NCBI RefSeq assembly: GCF_056989575.1
Contig: NZ_CM168018.1
Reading direction: 5' to 3' (one strand)
DNA: 40,000 nt
The notes beneath the pieces are model-generated. The model was not told where the DNA came from and did no database searches. It saw nothing but the letters and a program-made list of their open reading frames with translations. This document shows, piece by piece, positions 28,568 to 39,105 of the stretch. Each line of letters begins with the position of its first letter. The stretch's first letter is position 1. Position numbers and translations under genes: made by a program.

Positions 28568-29200
28568 TCAATGTTGGACCGAATGTGAACGAATAAATAA
28601 TTCGTTTATTTTACCACCCATTCTCTTTTCGATTCGTTGCTTGTACGCGTAGATGCTACGGATATCCATATCCAGAACTTCAGCAATCTGATATGGATTA
28701 TAACCAGAAACCATATACCCCATTATGGTGAATTCCATCTGAGTTAATGTGTTACCTCTGGTAAATGATAAATAACGACCAATAAATAGTTGTCTGATCT
28801 TTTCATTGGCAACATCAAGACCATCATCATTATATATGACAGCAGATATTGCTGAGTTGTGTTTTCGCCAGTAATTAGCTAACGATTGCATATTGCGGTC
28901 GCTGACTAAAACAATCCCCATGTCAGTACTTGCAAGATAGTCAATCCAGTCTTTTTCAAGGAATAGACGTAAAAAACTTACTGAAAAATCGACAAAAATA
29001 TATCCGCTTAATCTCGCATTGTGGTTTTTTGTTAAGATACCTTCTACCACACCACGATTAAAATATGAACTTTCTTCGGGCCACATACAAAAACACGAGT
29101 TTGCGCAGTACTGCAAACGCGGTGACTCTTCTGGCATTATTTGGCAATGCATTGAGCAACTATTGCATGTAAGACTTTTATAACGACTACAAAGCCCCAT
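28568..29200 (-). CDS. yqeH: YqeH, LuxR-type regulator with Cys-rich N-terminus
   Basis: 210 aa from ATG at 29200, which has an AGGGAGG Shine-Dalgarno; C-terminal HTH LTQMEFTIMGYMVSGYNPYQIAEVLDMDIRSIYAYKQRIEKRMG. Confidence 0.92.
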   Translation of the reverse strand: MGLCSRYKSLTCNSCSMHCQIMPEESPRLQYCANSCFCMWPEESSYFNRGVVEGILTKNHNARLSGYIFVDFSVSFLRLFLEKDWIDYLASTDMGIVLVSDRNMQSLANYWRKHNSAISAVIYNDDGLDVANEKIRQLFIGRYLSFTRGNTLTQMEFTIMGYMVSGYNPYQIAEVLDMDIRSIYAYKQRIEKRMGGKINELFIRSHSVQH

Positions 29201-29614
29201 GTTAAGAACCTCCCTATCCGTATATAATTGCATAATTTCATTGGTGATTGATGATGTCAATACACCATGATTTTGTAATTTTGCTGGGAAAAATTGCGAT
29301 TAATCTGTATTTGCTATAATTCTGATTAAGACATTTTAAAATGCATTTCTCGTTATTAAATATGATTATGTTTCACTGATTTAATCTTACCTGGTTGAGG
29401 GTGGTTCAGATAACTATCTCATGGTATGAGAATATCTATATCGCAAATTGTTTTTGAATGACCGGAAGATATCTTGCGAATCTAAGTTATGCATCTTAAA
29501 TAGTCTTATTTAAGATGTTCAGATCTCTTTGTGTGTTTAACTAACTGATAATACTAGGATATGATGAGGGAAGTGATAGTGCGGAATAATAACGAATGAA
29601 CATTATGAAAACTG

Positions 29615-29649
29615 GAATGGTTCAAAATTGTAGCAATTTTGAACCATTC
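29615..29649. repeat. Perfect 16-bp inverted repeat just after the yqeG stop codon (terminator candidate)
   Basis: GAATGGTTCAAAATTG-TAG-CAATTTTGAACCATTC. Confidence 0.8.
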
Positions 29650-29659
29650 ACAATGGATA

Positions 29660-30889
29660 TCAGCTAAAGAACATTACCGATACGCACAGGATACCCACGA
29701 TCAGCGTAATCAGATTTCCGATGGAACGCCAGGGTTTAAGCGCCGGGATCAGATACGTTGACAACGTAGGCATGATGAAAAGTATCATGGCAATGAGCGG
29801 GCCGCTGATCGCGTAAATCATCGAAATCGCGTTCGGGTTAATGCAACAAACAATGAAGGTGATCAGCGATACCAACATAATTGATAGTGCGCGGTTAAAT
29901 GCACGACTTTTCTTTACACCAACCTGCTGTAGTGTTGTTTTGACGACCTCCGTGGCACCTTCAATAACGCCAAAGTACGTACCCAGGAATGATTTCGACA
30001 TCGCAACTACTGCGACAATAATCCCGGAAATTGACAGCCATGCTGGGGCGTTCGGCAGCATAGAAAGCGCCGATAAAATGGTGACCCCTTCTTCTTTAGC
30101 CGCTTCAATATACGAAGGTGGAATAGAAAGCAGGCAGCTAAAGACAAAGAACAGTACACTTATGCAGATGATGAGATAAGCGACTTTCATAATTTTTTTG
30201 CATTTATCCATAGCGTGTTCGCCATATTTTTCACGTCTGTCTATGGCAAACGTAGAAATAATGGGCGTATGGCTAAAGGCGAAAACCATCACGGGAATCG
30301 ATATCCATATCTGGTGAAGGGTATTCTGATTGAACTCTACCTGGGTCGTTAATAGATCAGGTTGCCAACTACCGACAAGGTAAATGGAAAGAAATAAGAA
30401 ATAGGCAATCAATGGGAATACCAAAAAACCCATTACCCGAATGGTTGCATGGCGTCCCATCAGAAAAATGAGATTCAGGATTAATACAACACCCAGACTC
30501 ACCAACATACGGATGCGAAGATCAATAACCATATGCTTTGCCAGCTGTTCCGTAAGTGAGTTGGTAATTGCCACTGCATATATCAACACGACGACAAAAA
30601 AGGCGATGAAGTACAGCGTGGTAATCAGATTACCAATCTTCTTGCCATAGTAGTGTGTTACTGCGCCCGTTATCCCTTCACCTGCTGATGTTTTCGATGA
30701 GAGGATGAACTGGCATAAGGCTTTATGTGGCCAATATGTTAAAGGCCAGGCGACCAGAGCAGTAATAAACAGGACCACAGCCCCTGCCGAACCTAACTGA
30801 ATAGGAAGGAAGAGCGTGCCTGCACCAACGGCTGTGCCGTAGAGCGCGAAACTCCACAGAGTTTCTTCTTTAGACCAAATATTAGACAT
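29660..30889 (-). CDS. yqeG: YqeG, amino-acid transporter (serine/threonine permease-type, SdaC/TdcC family)
   Basis: 409 aa; multi-TM, AVGAGTLFLPIQLGSAG-type N-terminus; order relative to yqeF. Confidence 0.93.
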   Translation of the reverse strand: MSNIWSKEETLWSFALYGTAVGAGTLFLPIQLGSAGAVVLFITALVAWPLTYWPHKALCQFILSSKTSAGEGITGAVTHYYGKKIGNLITTLYFIAFFVVVLIYAVAITNSLTEQLAKHMVIDLRIRMLVSLGVVLILNLIFLMGRHATIRVMGFLVFPLIAYFLFLSIYLVGSWQPDLLTTQVEFNQNTLHQIWISIPVMVFAFSHTPIISTFAIDRREKYGEHAMDKCKKIMKVAYLIICISVLFFVFSCLLSIPPSYIEAAKEEGVTILSALSMLPNAPAWLSISGIIVAVVAMSKSFLGTYFGVIEGATEVVKTTLQQVGVKKSRAFNRALSIMLVSLITFIVCCINPNAISMIYAISGPLIAMILFIMPTLSTYLIPALKPWRSIGNLITLIVGILCVSVMFFS

Positions 30890-31140
30890 TATCTGAACGT
30901 ATCATCTACAAATTAAACAAAATGGAGGGCAATTTACCATAAACCAGGTTAAGTATGGGAGATTAACGCCCTATCTACCCCTCTATTGGTGGGTTAGTGG
31001 TTGCAAACCTTACGTGCCAGTTATGACTCTGACTACTGCTCAGGCATATTTCCTTTGTGATAAAAATCACTTTTTTTAAACAATTAAGATAACTGTAATT
31101 AACAATCATTTACTATTGCACTGTTAATTGGTGCGAGGTT

Positions 31141-32325
31141 GTGATGAAAGACGTTGTGATTGTCGGGGCGTTACGGACACCTATCGGCTGCTTTCGCGGT
31201 GCGTTAGCGGGTCATTCCGCCGTGGAACTTGGTAGTCTGGTCGTGAAAGCGTTAATAGAACGTACCGGCGTTCCTGCATATGCGGTGGATGAAGTAATTC
31301 TTGGTCAGGTGTTGACTGCAGGGGCAGGGCAGAATCCGGCAAGGCAATCGGCTATTAAAGGTGGTCTGCCTAATAGCGTTTCTGCAATCACGATTAATGA
31401 CGTCTGCGGTTCCGGACTTAAAGCACTGCATCTGGCTACTCAGGCGATACAGTGTGGCGAGGCTGATATTGTCATCGCCGGTGGCCAGGAAAACATGAGC
31501 CGCGCACCACATGTTCTGACTGATAGCCGCACCGGTGCACAGCTTGGCAATAGCCAGCTGGTTGACAGTCTTGTGCATGATGGGTTATGGGATGCCTTCA
31601 ATGATTATCATATTGGTGTCACCGCCGAAAATCTGGCTCGCGAATATGGCATCAGCCGTCAATTGCAGGATGCTTACGCACTTAGCTCGCAACAAAAAGC
31701 GCGAGCGGCGATTGACGCCGGACGATTTAAAGATGAGATCGTCCCGGTAATGATCCAAAGTAACGGTCAGACGTTGGTTGTTGATACCGATGAACAGCCA
31801 CGCACTGACGCCAGTGCAGAAGGTTTAGCCCGTTTAAATCCTTCATTTGATAGTCTCGGTTCTGTGACCGCGGGGAATGCATCATCCATAAACGATGGCG
31901 CAGCTGCGGTAATGATGATGAGCGAAGCCAAAGCACGAGCGTTGAATTTACCCGTGCTGGCCCGCATCCGCGCATTTGCCAGCGTTGGTGTAGATCCGGC
32001 ATTGATGGGAATTGCGCCGGTGTATGCGACCCGCCGTTGCCTGGAGCGTGTAGGCTGGCAGTTGGCTGATGTCGATCTTATCGAGGCTAATGAAGCGTTT
32101 GCTGCACAGGCGCTTTCGGTTGGCAAGATGCTTGAGTGGGATGAGCGTCGGGTCAATGTCAATGGTGGCGCGATCGCACTCGGTCACCCGATAGGCGCTT
32201 CCGGTTGCCGAATCCTGGTTTCTCTGGTTCATGAAATGGTGAAACGTAATGCCCGCAAAGGGCTGGCAACGCTTTGTATCGGCGGGGGCCAGGGCGTGGC
32301 ATTGACCATTGAACGTGACGAGTAG
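31141..32325 (+). CDS. yqeF: YqeF, acetyl-CoA acetyltransferase/thiolase
   Basis: 394 aa; NDVCGSGLKALHLATQAI, GGQENMS, NVNGGAIALGHPIGASG, CIGGGQG thiolase motifs. Confidence 0.95.
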   Translation: MMKDVVIVGALRTPIGCFRGALAGHSAVELGSLVVKALIERTGVPAYAVDEVILGQVLTAGAGQNPARQSAIKGGLPNSVSAITINDVCGSGLKALHLATQAIQCGEADIVIAGGQENMSRAPHVLTDSRTGAQLGNSQLVDSLVHDGLWDAFNDYHIGVTAENLAREYGISRQLQDAYALSSQQKARAAIDAGRFKDEIVPVMIQSNGQTLVVDTDEQPRTDASAEGLARLNPSFDSLGSVTAGNASSINDGAAAVMMMSEAKARALNLPVLARIRAFASVGVDPALMGIAPVYATRRCLERVGWQLADVDLIEANEAFAAQALSVGKMLEWDERRVNVNGGAIALGHPIGASGCRILVSLVHEMVKRNARKGLATLCIGGGQGVALTIERDE

Positions 32326-32480
32326 CTCTGCATTTCCTCCTTACCGATAAATATCTGCCCTCATTAATCTGTTGAATAATGATGGCTGGCAAGTCGACAT
32401 ACATTTTCTGGGCTCCCTCATTTTTCCATTCTCATGACATATTCGTGATCGACACTGCACTTTTTTTAATCCTTAACTTA

Positions 32481-32503
32481 AAAATGAAACATTGTTTTAT
32501 TTT
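32481..32503. promoter_or_regulatory. KdgR-type operator upstream of kduI
   Basis: AAAATGAAACATTGTTTTATTTT closely matches the known KdgR box pattern. Confidence 0.75.
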
Positions 32504-32549
32504 TAATTGAAAACCCTAGCCCATGGGCATATCATCCCTTTATAGAGAA

Positions 32550-32568
32550 AACGAAACAGTGTTTCACT
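32550..32568. promoter_or_regulatory. Second KdgR-like operator upstream of kduI
   Basis: AACGAAACAGTGTTTCACT palindromic match, 43 nt upstream of the kduI ORF start. Confidence 0.55.
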
Positions 32569-32611
32569 ATCGTTTTCTATTTTCACGCTTCACTGATTAT
32601 CGGAGGTTGAT

Positions 32612-33448
32612 GTGGACGTAAGACAGAGCATCCACAGTGCGCACGCAAAAACGCTGGATACCCAAGGGCTGCGCAATGAATTTTTGGTTGAAGAGGTATT
32701 TGTCGCCGATGAGTACACCATGGTTTACAGCCACATTGACCGAATTATTGTTGGCGGCATTATGCCGATAACTAAAACGGTTTCCGTTGGCGGGGAAGTT
32801 GGTAAACAACTCGGCGTAAGCTATTTCCTTGAACGTCGCGAGTTAGGTGTTATCAATATTGGCGGTGCCGGTACGATTACTGTCGATGGCCAATGCTATG
32901 AAATCGGTCACCGCGACGCCCTGTATGTGGGTAAAGGTGCAAAAGAAGTTGTCTTTGCCAGTATTGATACCGCCACTCCGGCAAAGTTTTATTACAATTG
33001 CGCACCCGCGCATACGACGTATCCCACCAAAAAAGTCACACCGGACGAAGTATCTCCAGTCACGTTAGGCGATAACCTCACCAGTAACCGTCGCACAATT
33101 AACAAATATTTTGTCCCGGATGTGCTGGAAACCTGCCAATTGAGTATGGGGCTGACGGAGCTGGCTCCAGGTAACTTGTGGAACACCATGCCGTGTCACA
33201 CTCACGAGCGCCGGATGGAAGTTTATTTCTATTTCAATATGGATGATGACGCCTGCGTTTTCCACATGATGGGGCAGCCGCAAGAAACGCGTCACATTGT
33301 GATGCATAACGAGCAGGCGGTGATCTCCCCGAGCTGGTCGATTCATTCCGGCGTCGGAACCAAAGCTTATACCTTTATCTGGGGCATGGTCGGTGAAAAC
33401 CAGGTCTTTGATGATATGGACCATGTGGCCGTTAAAGATTTGCGCTAG
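32612..33448 (+). CDS. kduI: KduI, 5-keto-4-deoxyuronate isomerase
   Basis: 278 aa; [16 protein letters not shown] metal-binding cupin motif; adjacent kduD. Confidence 0.96.
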   Translation: MDVRQSIHSAHAKTLDTQGLRNEFLVEEVFVADEYTMVYSHIDRIIVGGIMPITKTVSVGGEVGKQLGVSYFLERRELGVINIGGAGTITVDGQCYEIGHRDALYVGKGAKEVVFASIDTATPAKFYYNCAPAHTTYPTKKVTPDEVSPVTLGDNLTSNRRTINKYFVPDVLETCQLSMGLTELAPGNLWNTMPCHTHERRMEVYFYFNMDDDACVFHMMGQPQETRHIVMHNEQAVISPSWSIHSGVGTKAYTFIWGMVGENQVFDDMDHVAVKDLR

Positions 33449-33477
33449 TTGTGGGCATAAACGAATAAGGTATTGTT

Positions 33478-34239
33478 ATGATTTTAAGTGCATTTTCTCT
33501 CGAAGGTAAAGTTGCGGTCGTCACTGGTTGTGATACTGGGCTGGGCCAGGGGATGGCGTTGGGGCTGGCGCAAGCGGGCTGTGACATTGTTGGCATTAAC
33601 ATCGTTGAACCGACTGAAACCATCGAGCAGGTCACGGCGCTGGGGCGTCGTTTTTTAAGCCTGACCGCCGATCTGCGAAAGATTGATGGCATTCCTGGAC
33701 TGCTGGATCGCGCGGTAGCTGAATTTGGTCATATTGATATCCTGGTGAATAACGCCGGATTGATTCGCCGCGAAGACGCTCTCGAGTTCAGCGAAAAAGA
33801 CTGGGACGATGTCATGAACCTGAATATCAAGAGCGTATTCTTCATGTCTCAGGCAGCGGCGAAACACTTTATCGCGCAAGGCAATGGCGGCAAGATTATC
33901 AATATCGCGTCAATGCTCTCCTTCCAGGGCGGGATCCGTGTGCCTTCTTATACCGCATCAAAAAGCGGCGTGATGGGTGTGACGCGATTGATGGCGAACG
34001 AATGGGCTAAACACAACATTAATGTTAATGCGATAGCTCCGGGTTACATGGCGACCAACAATACTCAACAACTACGGGCAGATGAACAACGTAGCGCGGA
34101 AATTCTCGACCGCATTCCAGCTGGTCGTTGGGGACTGCCGAGTGACCTGATGGGGCCGATAGTGTTCCTTGCCTCCAGCGCTTCAGATTATGTGAATGGT
34201 TATACCATTGCCGTGGATGGCGGTTGGCTGGCGCGTTAA
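33478..34239 (+). CDS. kduD: KduD, SDR-family 2-dehydro-3-deoxy-D-gluconate 5-dehydrogenase
   Basis: 253 aa; VVTGCDTGLGQGMALG, NNAG, SYTASKSGVMG. Confidence 0.96.
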   Translation: MILSAFSLEGKVAVVTGCDTGLGQGMALGLAQAGCDIVGINIVEPTETIEQVTALGRRFLSLTADLRKIDGIPGLLDRAVAEFGHIDILVNNAGLIRREDALEFSEKDWDDVMNLNIKSVFFMSQAAAKHFIAQGNGGKIINIASMLSFQGGIRVPSYTASKSGVMGVTRLMANEWAKHNINVNAIAPGYMATNNTQQLRADEQRSAEILDRIPAGRWGLPSDLMGPIVFLASSASDYVNGYTIAVDGGWLAR

Positions 34240-34260
34240 TTCATTCTTCTTACTTTTATG

Positions 34261-34286
34261 ACCCTGCCGCATGGCAGGGTTTTTTA
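34261..34286 (+). terminator. Rho-independent terminator after kduD
   Basis: ACCCTGCC-GCAT-GGCAGGGT followed by a T tract. Confidence 0.85.
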
Positions 34287-34454
34287 TACCTGTAGATCAT
34301 CATAATCCATATCATGGTTATGAAATAATCCATATTAATTATCAATTAATGAACTTTATGAATTTTATCTGCTGTAAAATTAGGTGGTTAATAATAATCT
34401 CAATAATTCAACTTAATTTGAAAATTGGAATATCCATCACATAACGACATGTCG

Positions 34455-34471
34455 CAGCAATTTAATCCATA
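34455..34471 (+). promoter_or_regulatory. Candidate AraC half-site upstream of araE
   Basis: CAGC-AATTTAA-TCCATA matches the TAGC-N7-TCCATA pattern with one mismatch, about 80 nt upstream of the araE start. Confidence 0.55.
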
Positions 34472-34553
34472 TTTATGCTGTTTCCGACCTGACACCTGCG
34501 TGAGTTGTTCACGTATTTTTTCACTATGTCTTACTCTCTGCTGGCAGGAAAAA

Positions 34554-35972
34554 ATGGTTACTATCAATACGGAATCTGCTTTAACGCCACGTTCTTTGCG
34601 GGATACGCGGCGTATGAATATGTTTGTTTCGGTAGCTGCTGCGGTCGCAGGATTGTTATTTGGTCTTGATATCGGCGTAATCGCCGGAGCGTTGCCGTTC
34701 ATTACCGATCACTTTGTGCTGACCAGTCGTTTGCAGGAATGGGTGGTTAGTAGCATGATGCTCGGCGCAGCAATTGGTGCGCTGTTTAATGGTTGGCTGT
34801 CGTTCCGCCTGGGTCGTAAATACAGCCTGATGGCGGGGGCCATCCTGTTTGTACTCGGTTCTATAGGGTCCGCTTTTGCGACCAGCGTAGAGATGTTAAT
34901 CGCCGCTCGGGTGGTGCTGGGCATTGCTGTCGGGATCGCGTCTTACACCGCTCCTCTGTATCTTTCTGAAATGGCAAGTGAAAACGTTCGCGGTAAGATG
35001 ATCAGTATGTACCAGTTGATGGTCACACTCGGCATCGTGCTGGCGTTTTTATCCGATACAGCGTTCAGTTATAGCGGTAACTGGCGCGCAATGTTGGGGG
35101 TTCTTGCTTTACCAGCAGTTCTGCTGATTATTCTGGTGGTCTTCCTGCCAAATAGCCCGCGCTGGCTGGCGGAAAAGGGGCGTCATATTGAGGCGGAAGA
35201 AGTATTGCGTATGCTGCGCGATACGTCGGAAAAAGCGCGAGAAGAACTCAACGAAATTCGTGAAAGCCTGAAGTTAAAACAGGGCGGTTGGGCACTGTTT
35301 AAGATCAACCGTAACGTCCGTCGTGCTGTGTTTCTCGGTATGTTGTTGCAGGCGATGCAGCAGTTTACCGGTATGAACATCATCATGTACTACGCGCCGC
35401 GTATCTTCAAAATGGCGGGCTTTACGACCACAGAACAACAGATGATTGCGACTCTGGTCGTGGGACTGACCTTTATGTTCGCGACCTTCATTGCGGTCTT
35501 TACGGTAGATAAAGCAGGTCGTAAACCGGCTCTGAAAATTGGTTTCAGCGTGATGGCGTTAGGCACTCTGGTGCTGGGCTATTGCCTGATGCAGTTTGAT
35601 AACGGTACGGCTTCCAGTGGCTTGTCCTGGCTCTCTGTTGGCATGACGATGATGTGTATTGCCGGTTATGCGATGAGCGCCGCGCCAGTGGTGTGGATCC
35701 TGTGCTCTGAAATTCAGCCGCTGAAATGCCGCGATTTCGGTATTACCTGTTCGACGACGACAAACTGGGTGTCGAATATGATTATCGGCGCGACCTTCCT
35801 GACACTGCTTGATAGCATTGGCGCTGCCGGTACGTTCTGGCTCTACACTGCGCTGAACATTGCGTTTGTGGGCATTACTTTCTGGCTCATTCCGGAAACC
35901 AAAAATGTCACGCTGGAACATATCGAACGCAAACTGATGGCAGGCGAGAAGTTGAGAAATATCGGCGTCTGA
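34554..35972 (+). CDS. araE: AraE, arabinose:H+ symporter (MFS sugar transporter)
   Basis: 472 aa from ATG 34554 ([22 protein letters not shown]); [23 protein letters not shown] motifs. Confidence 0.96.
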
Positions 35973-35978
35973 TTTCAC

Positions 35979-36011
35979 GGGCCGGATGTGCTGTACATCC
36001 GGCCCTTTTTT
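35979..36011 (+). terminator. Rho-independent terminator after araE
   Basis: GGGCCGGATGT-GCTG(T)-ACATCCGGCCC followed by TTTTTT. Confidence 0.9.
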
Positions 36012-36100
36012 CGTTAATAGAGATTGGGCACTTGGCCGTTGAGGCGTTTGTCTCGTTCCTTATTCAGCCTTGTTGCGGTAACACACATCAGGAGAGAGGA

Positions 36101-36793
36101 ATGAAAACAATTGGTTTGCTGGGAGGAATGAGCTGGGAATCCACCATTCCTTACTATCGTTTGATAAATGAAGGCATTAAACAGCGGCTTGGTGGGCTTC
36201 ACTCTGCGCAAGTGCTGCTACATAGCGTCGATTTTCATGAAATAGAAGAGTGCCAGCATCGCGGGGAATGGGATAAAACCGGGGACATTCTGGCTGAGGC
36301 GGCGCTTGGCTTACAGCGGGCGGGCGCAGAAGGTATTGTGTTATGTACCAATACGATGCATAAAGTGGCGGATGCCATTGAGTCACGTTGCACTCTGCCT
36401 TTCTTACACATTGCGGATGCCACCGGACGTGCAATTACCGGGGCCGGAATGACTCGTGTGGCGCTGCTGGGTACGCGTTACACCATGGAACAGGATTTTT
36501 ATCGCGGGCGGCTGACGGAACAATTTTCCATCAATTGTCTTATTCCTGAAGCGGATGAACGGGCGAAAATTAATCAGATTATTTTTGAAGAACTGTGTCT
36601 GGGGCAATTTACCGAAGCGTCACGCGCTTATTATGCGCAAGTGATTGCTCGCCTTGCAGAACAGGGCGCACAGGGCGTCATTTTTGGCTGCACAGAAATT
36701 GGTTTACTGGTGCCAGAAGAGCGCAGTGTTTTGCCTGTGTTTGATACCGCGGCGATCCATGCCGAGGATGCTGTCGCTTTTATGCTGTCGTAG
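36101..36793 (+). CDS. ygeA: YgeA, Asp/Glu-racemase-family amino acid racemase
   Basis: 230 aa from ATG 36101; [31 protein letters not shown] catalytic-Cys motifs. Confidence 0.94.
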
Positions 36794-37715
36794 CTGACGA
36801 CAAAATAGCGTCAAGAGAAGTGACCAGTTTCGGTAACCCCGCTTGTAAATGCTCACTAAACGCCTGCACCAGCGCTGATGACGGGCGGTGCAGGGGGCGG
36901 ATCAGGCTGACGGTGAACGGAACCGCAATACTGAACCGCCGCACCACTAAACCGCTTGCCGCATAATCCAGTGCGGTGAGCGGGTTAACCACCGAAACAC
37001 CTACCCCCGCCCGTACCATTGCGCAGACTGACGCGGCGCTGTGGGTTTCTACGATCATGCGTCGTTTAACCTGATGTTCAGTAAATAGCTGATCCAGCAA
37101 CTGGCGATAGCTGTCAGTACGGGAAAGGCTGATGTAGTTCTCACCCTGAAAATCATCCGGCGTTAATACCTTTTTTACCGCCAGCGGATGACCCGGAGGT
37201 AACACACACACTTCATCTAAAGAGAGTAATTCGGTACGTTCTGTTCCCGCAGGCGTATGGAGCGTTTCAGTGAGTCCTAAATCATGACGCTGGGCCGAGA
37301 GCCACTCTTCAAGTAGCGGTGATTCCTGGGGCACGATATTTAAGCTGACATCGGGATAACGTGCCAGAAAGGGTTGCAGGAGCTGCGGTAAAAAAGATTG
37401 CGAAAAGACCGGCAGGCAGGCAATAGACAGTTCTCCCTGGCGAAACTCGCGCAGACTTTCTGCGGCGCTGACAATGCGATCCAGTCCGTACCAGGATCGT
37501 TGCACTTCTTCAAACAGACGCAGTCCTTGCACGGTAGGATGTAATCGCCCACGTACGCGCTCAAACAATTTCAGCCCGATCACCTTCTCAAAGCGCGCCA
37601 GTTCGCGGCTGACGGTTGGCTGTGAGGTGTGTAGCAGGTGTGCCGCCTCAGTCAGGCTTCCGGCGGTCATTACCGCATGAAAAATTTCAATATGACGTAA
37701 GTTAACGGCGGCCAT
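36780..37715 (-). CDS. lysR: LysR, LysR-type transcriptional regulator of lysA
   Basis: 311 aa; N-terminal HTH; divergent from lysA. Confidence 0.96.
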
Positions 37716-37836
37716 TAGCGCTCTCTCGCAATCCGGTAATCCATATCATTTTTGCATAAACTCGACATAAATCGATATTTTTTATTCTTTTTATGATGTG
37801 GCGTAATCATAAAAAAGCACTTATCTGGAGTTTGTT

Positions 37837-39099
37837 ATGCCACATTCACTGTTCAGCACCGATACCGATCTCACCGCCGAAAATCTGCTGCGTTTGCCCG
37901 CTGAATTTGGCTGCCCGGTGTGGGTCTACGATGCGCAAATTATTCGTCGGCAGATTGCAGCGCTGAAACAGTTTGATGTGGTGCGCTTTGCACAGAAAGC
38001 CTGTTCCAATATTCATATTTTGCGCTTAATGCGTGAGCAGGGCGTGAAAGTGGATTCCGTCTCGTTAGGCGAAATAGAGCGTGCGTTGGCGGCGGGTTAC
38101 AATCCGCAAACGCACCCCGATGATATTGTTTTTACGGCAGATGTTATCGATCAGGCGACGCTTGAACGCGTCAGTGAATTGCAAATTCCGGTGAATGCGG
38201 GTTCTGTTGATATGCTCGACCAACTGGGCCAGGTTTCGCCAGGGCATCGGGTATGGCTGCGCGTTAATCCGGGGTTTGGTCACGGACATAGCCAAAAAAC
38301 CAATACCGGTGGCGAAAACAGCAAGCACGGTATCTGGTACACCGATCTGCCCGCCGCACTGGACGTGATACAACGTCATCATCTGCAGCTGGTCGGCATT
38401 CACATGCACATTGGTTCTGGCGTTGATTATGCCCATCTGGAACAGGTGTGTGGTGCTATGGTGCGTCAGGTCATCGAATTCGGTCAGGATTTACAGGCTA
38501 TTTCTGCGGGCGGTGGGCTTTCTGTTCCTTATCAACAGGGTGAAGAGGCGGTTGATACCGAACATTATTATGGTCTGTGGAATGCCGCGCGTGAGCAAAT
38601 CGCCCGCCATTTGGGCCACCCTGTGAAACTGGAAATTGAACCGGGTCGCTTCCTGGTAGCGCAGTCTGGCGTATTAATTACTCAGGTGCGGAGCGTCAAA
38701 CAAATGGGTAGCCGCCACTTTGTGCTGGTTGATGCTGGGTTCAACGATCTGATGCGCCCGGCAATGTACGGTAGTTACCACCATATCAGTGCCCTGGCAG
38801 CTGATAGTCGTTCTCTGGAACACGCGCCAACGGTGGAAACCGTCGTCGCCGGGCCATTATGTGAATCGGGCGATGTCTTTACCCAGCAGGAAGGGGGAAA
38901 TGTTGAAACCCGCGCCTTGCCGGAAGTGAAGGCGGGTGATTATCTGGTACTGCATGATACAGGGGCATATGGCGCATCAATGTCATCCAACTACAACAGC
39001 CGTCCGCTGTTACCAGAAGTTCTGTTTGATAATGGTCAGGCGCGGTTGATTCGCCGTCGCCAGACCATCGAAGAATTACTGGCGCTGGAATTGCTTTAA
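37837..39099 (+). CDS. lysA: LysA, diaminopimelate decarboxylase
   Basis: 420 aa; PLP decarboxylase fold III motifs (HMHIGSG, EPGRFLVAQSG, GPLCESGD). Confidence 0.97.
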   Translation: MPHSLFSTDTDLTAENLLRLPAEFGCPVWVYDAQIIRRQIAALKQFDVVRFAQKACSNIHILRLMREQGVKVDSVSLGEIERALAAGYNPQTHPDDIVFTADVIDQATLERVSELQIPVNAGSVDMLDQLGQVSPGHRVWLRVNPGFGHGHSQKTNTGGENSKHGIWYTDLPAALDVIQRHHLQLVGIHMHIGSGVDYAHLEQVCGAMVRQVIEFGQDLQAISAGGGLSVPYQQGEEAVDTEHYYGLWNAAREQIARHLGHPVKLEIEPGRFLVAQSGVLITQVRSVKQMGSRHFVLVDAGFNDLMRPAMYGSYHHISALAADSRSLEHAPTVETVVAGPLCESGDVFTQQEGGNVETRALPEVKAGDYLVLHDTGAYGASMSSNYNSRPLLPEVLFDNGQARLIRRRQTIEELLALELL

Positions 39100-39105
39100 C
39101 TGCGG

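Noticed and set aside
32597-33424. ORFs opposite or overlapping kduI (32597..32809, 32992..33189, 33065..33424)
   Set aside because: Antisense to conserved kduI; no independent support.
34400-34702. 100-aa minus-strand ORF over the araE promoter
   Set aside because: Overlaps the araE 5' region and regulatory sites; no recognisable family.
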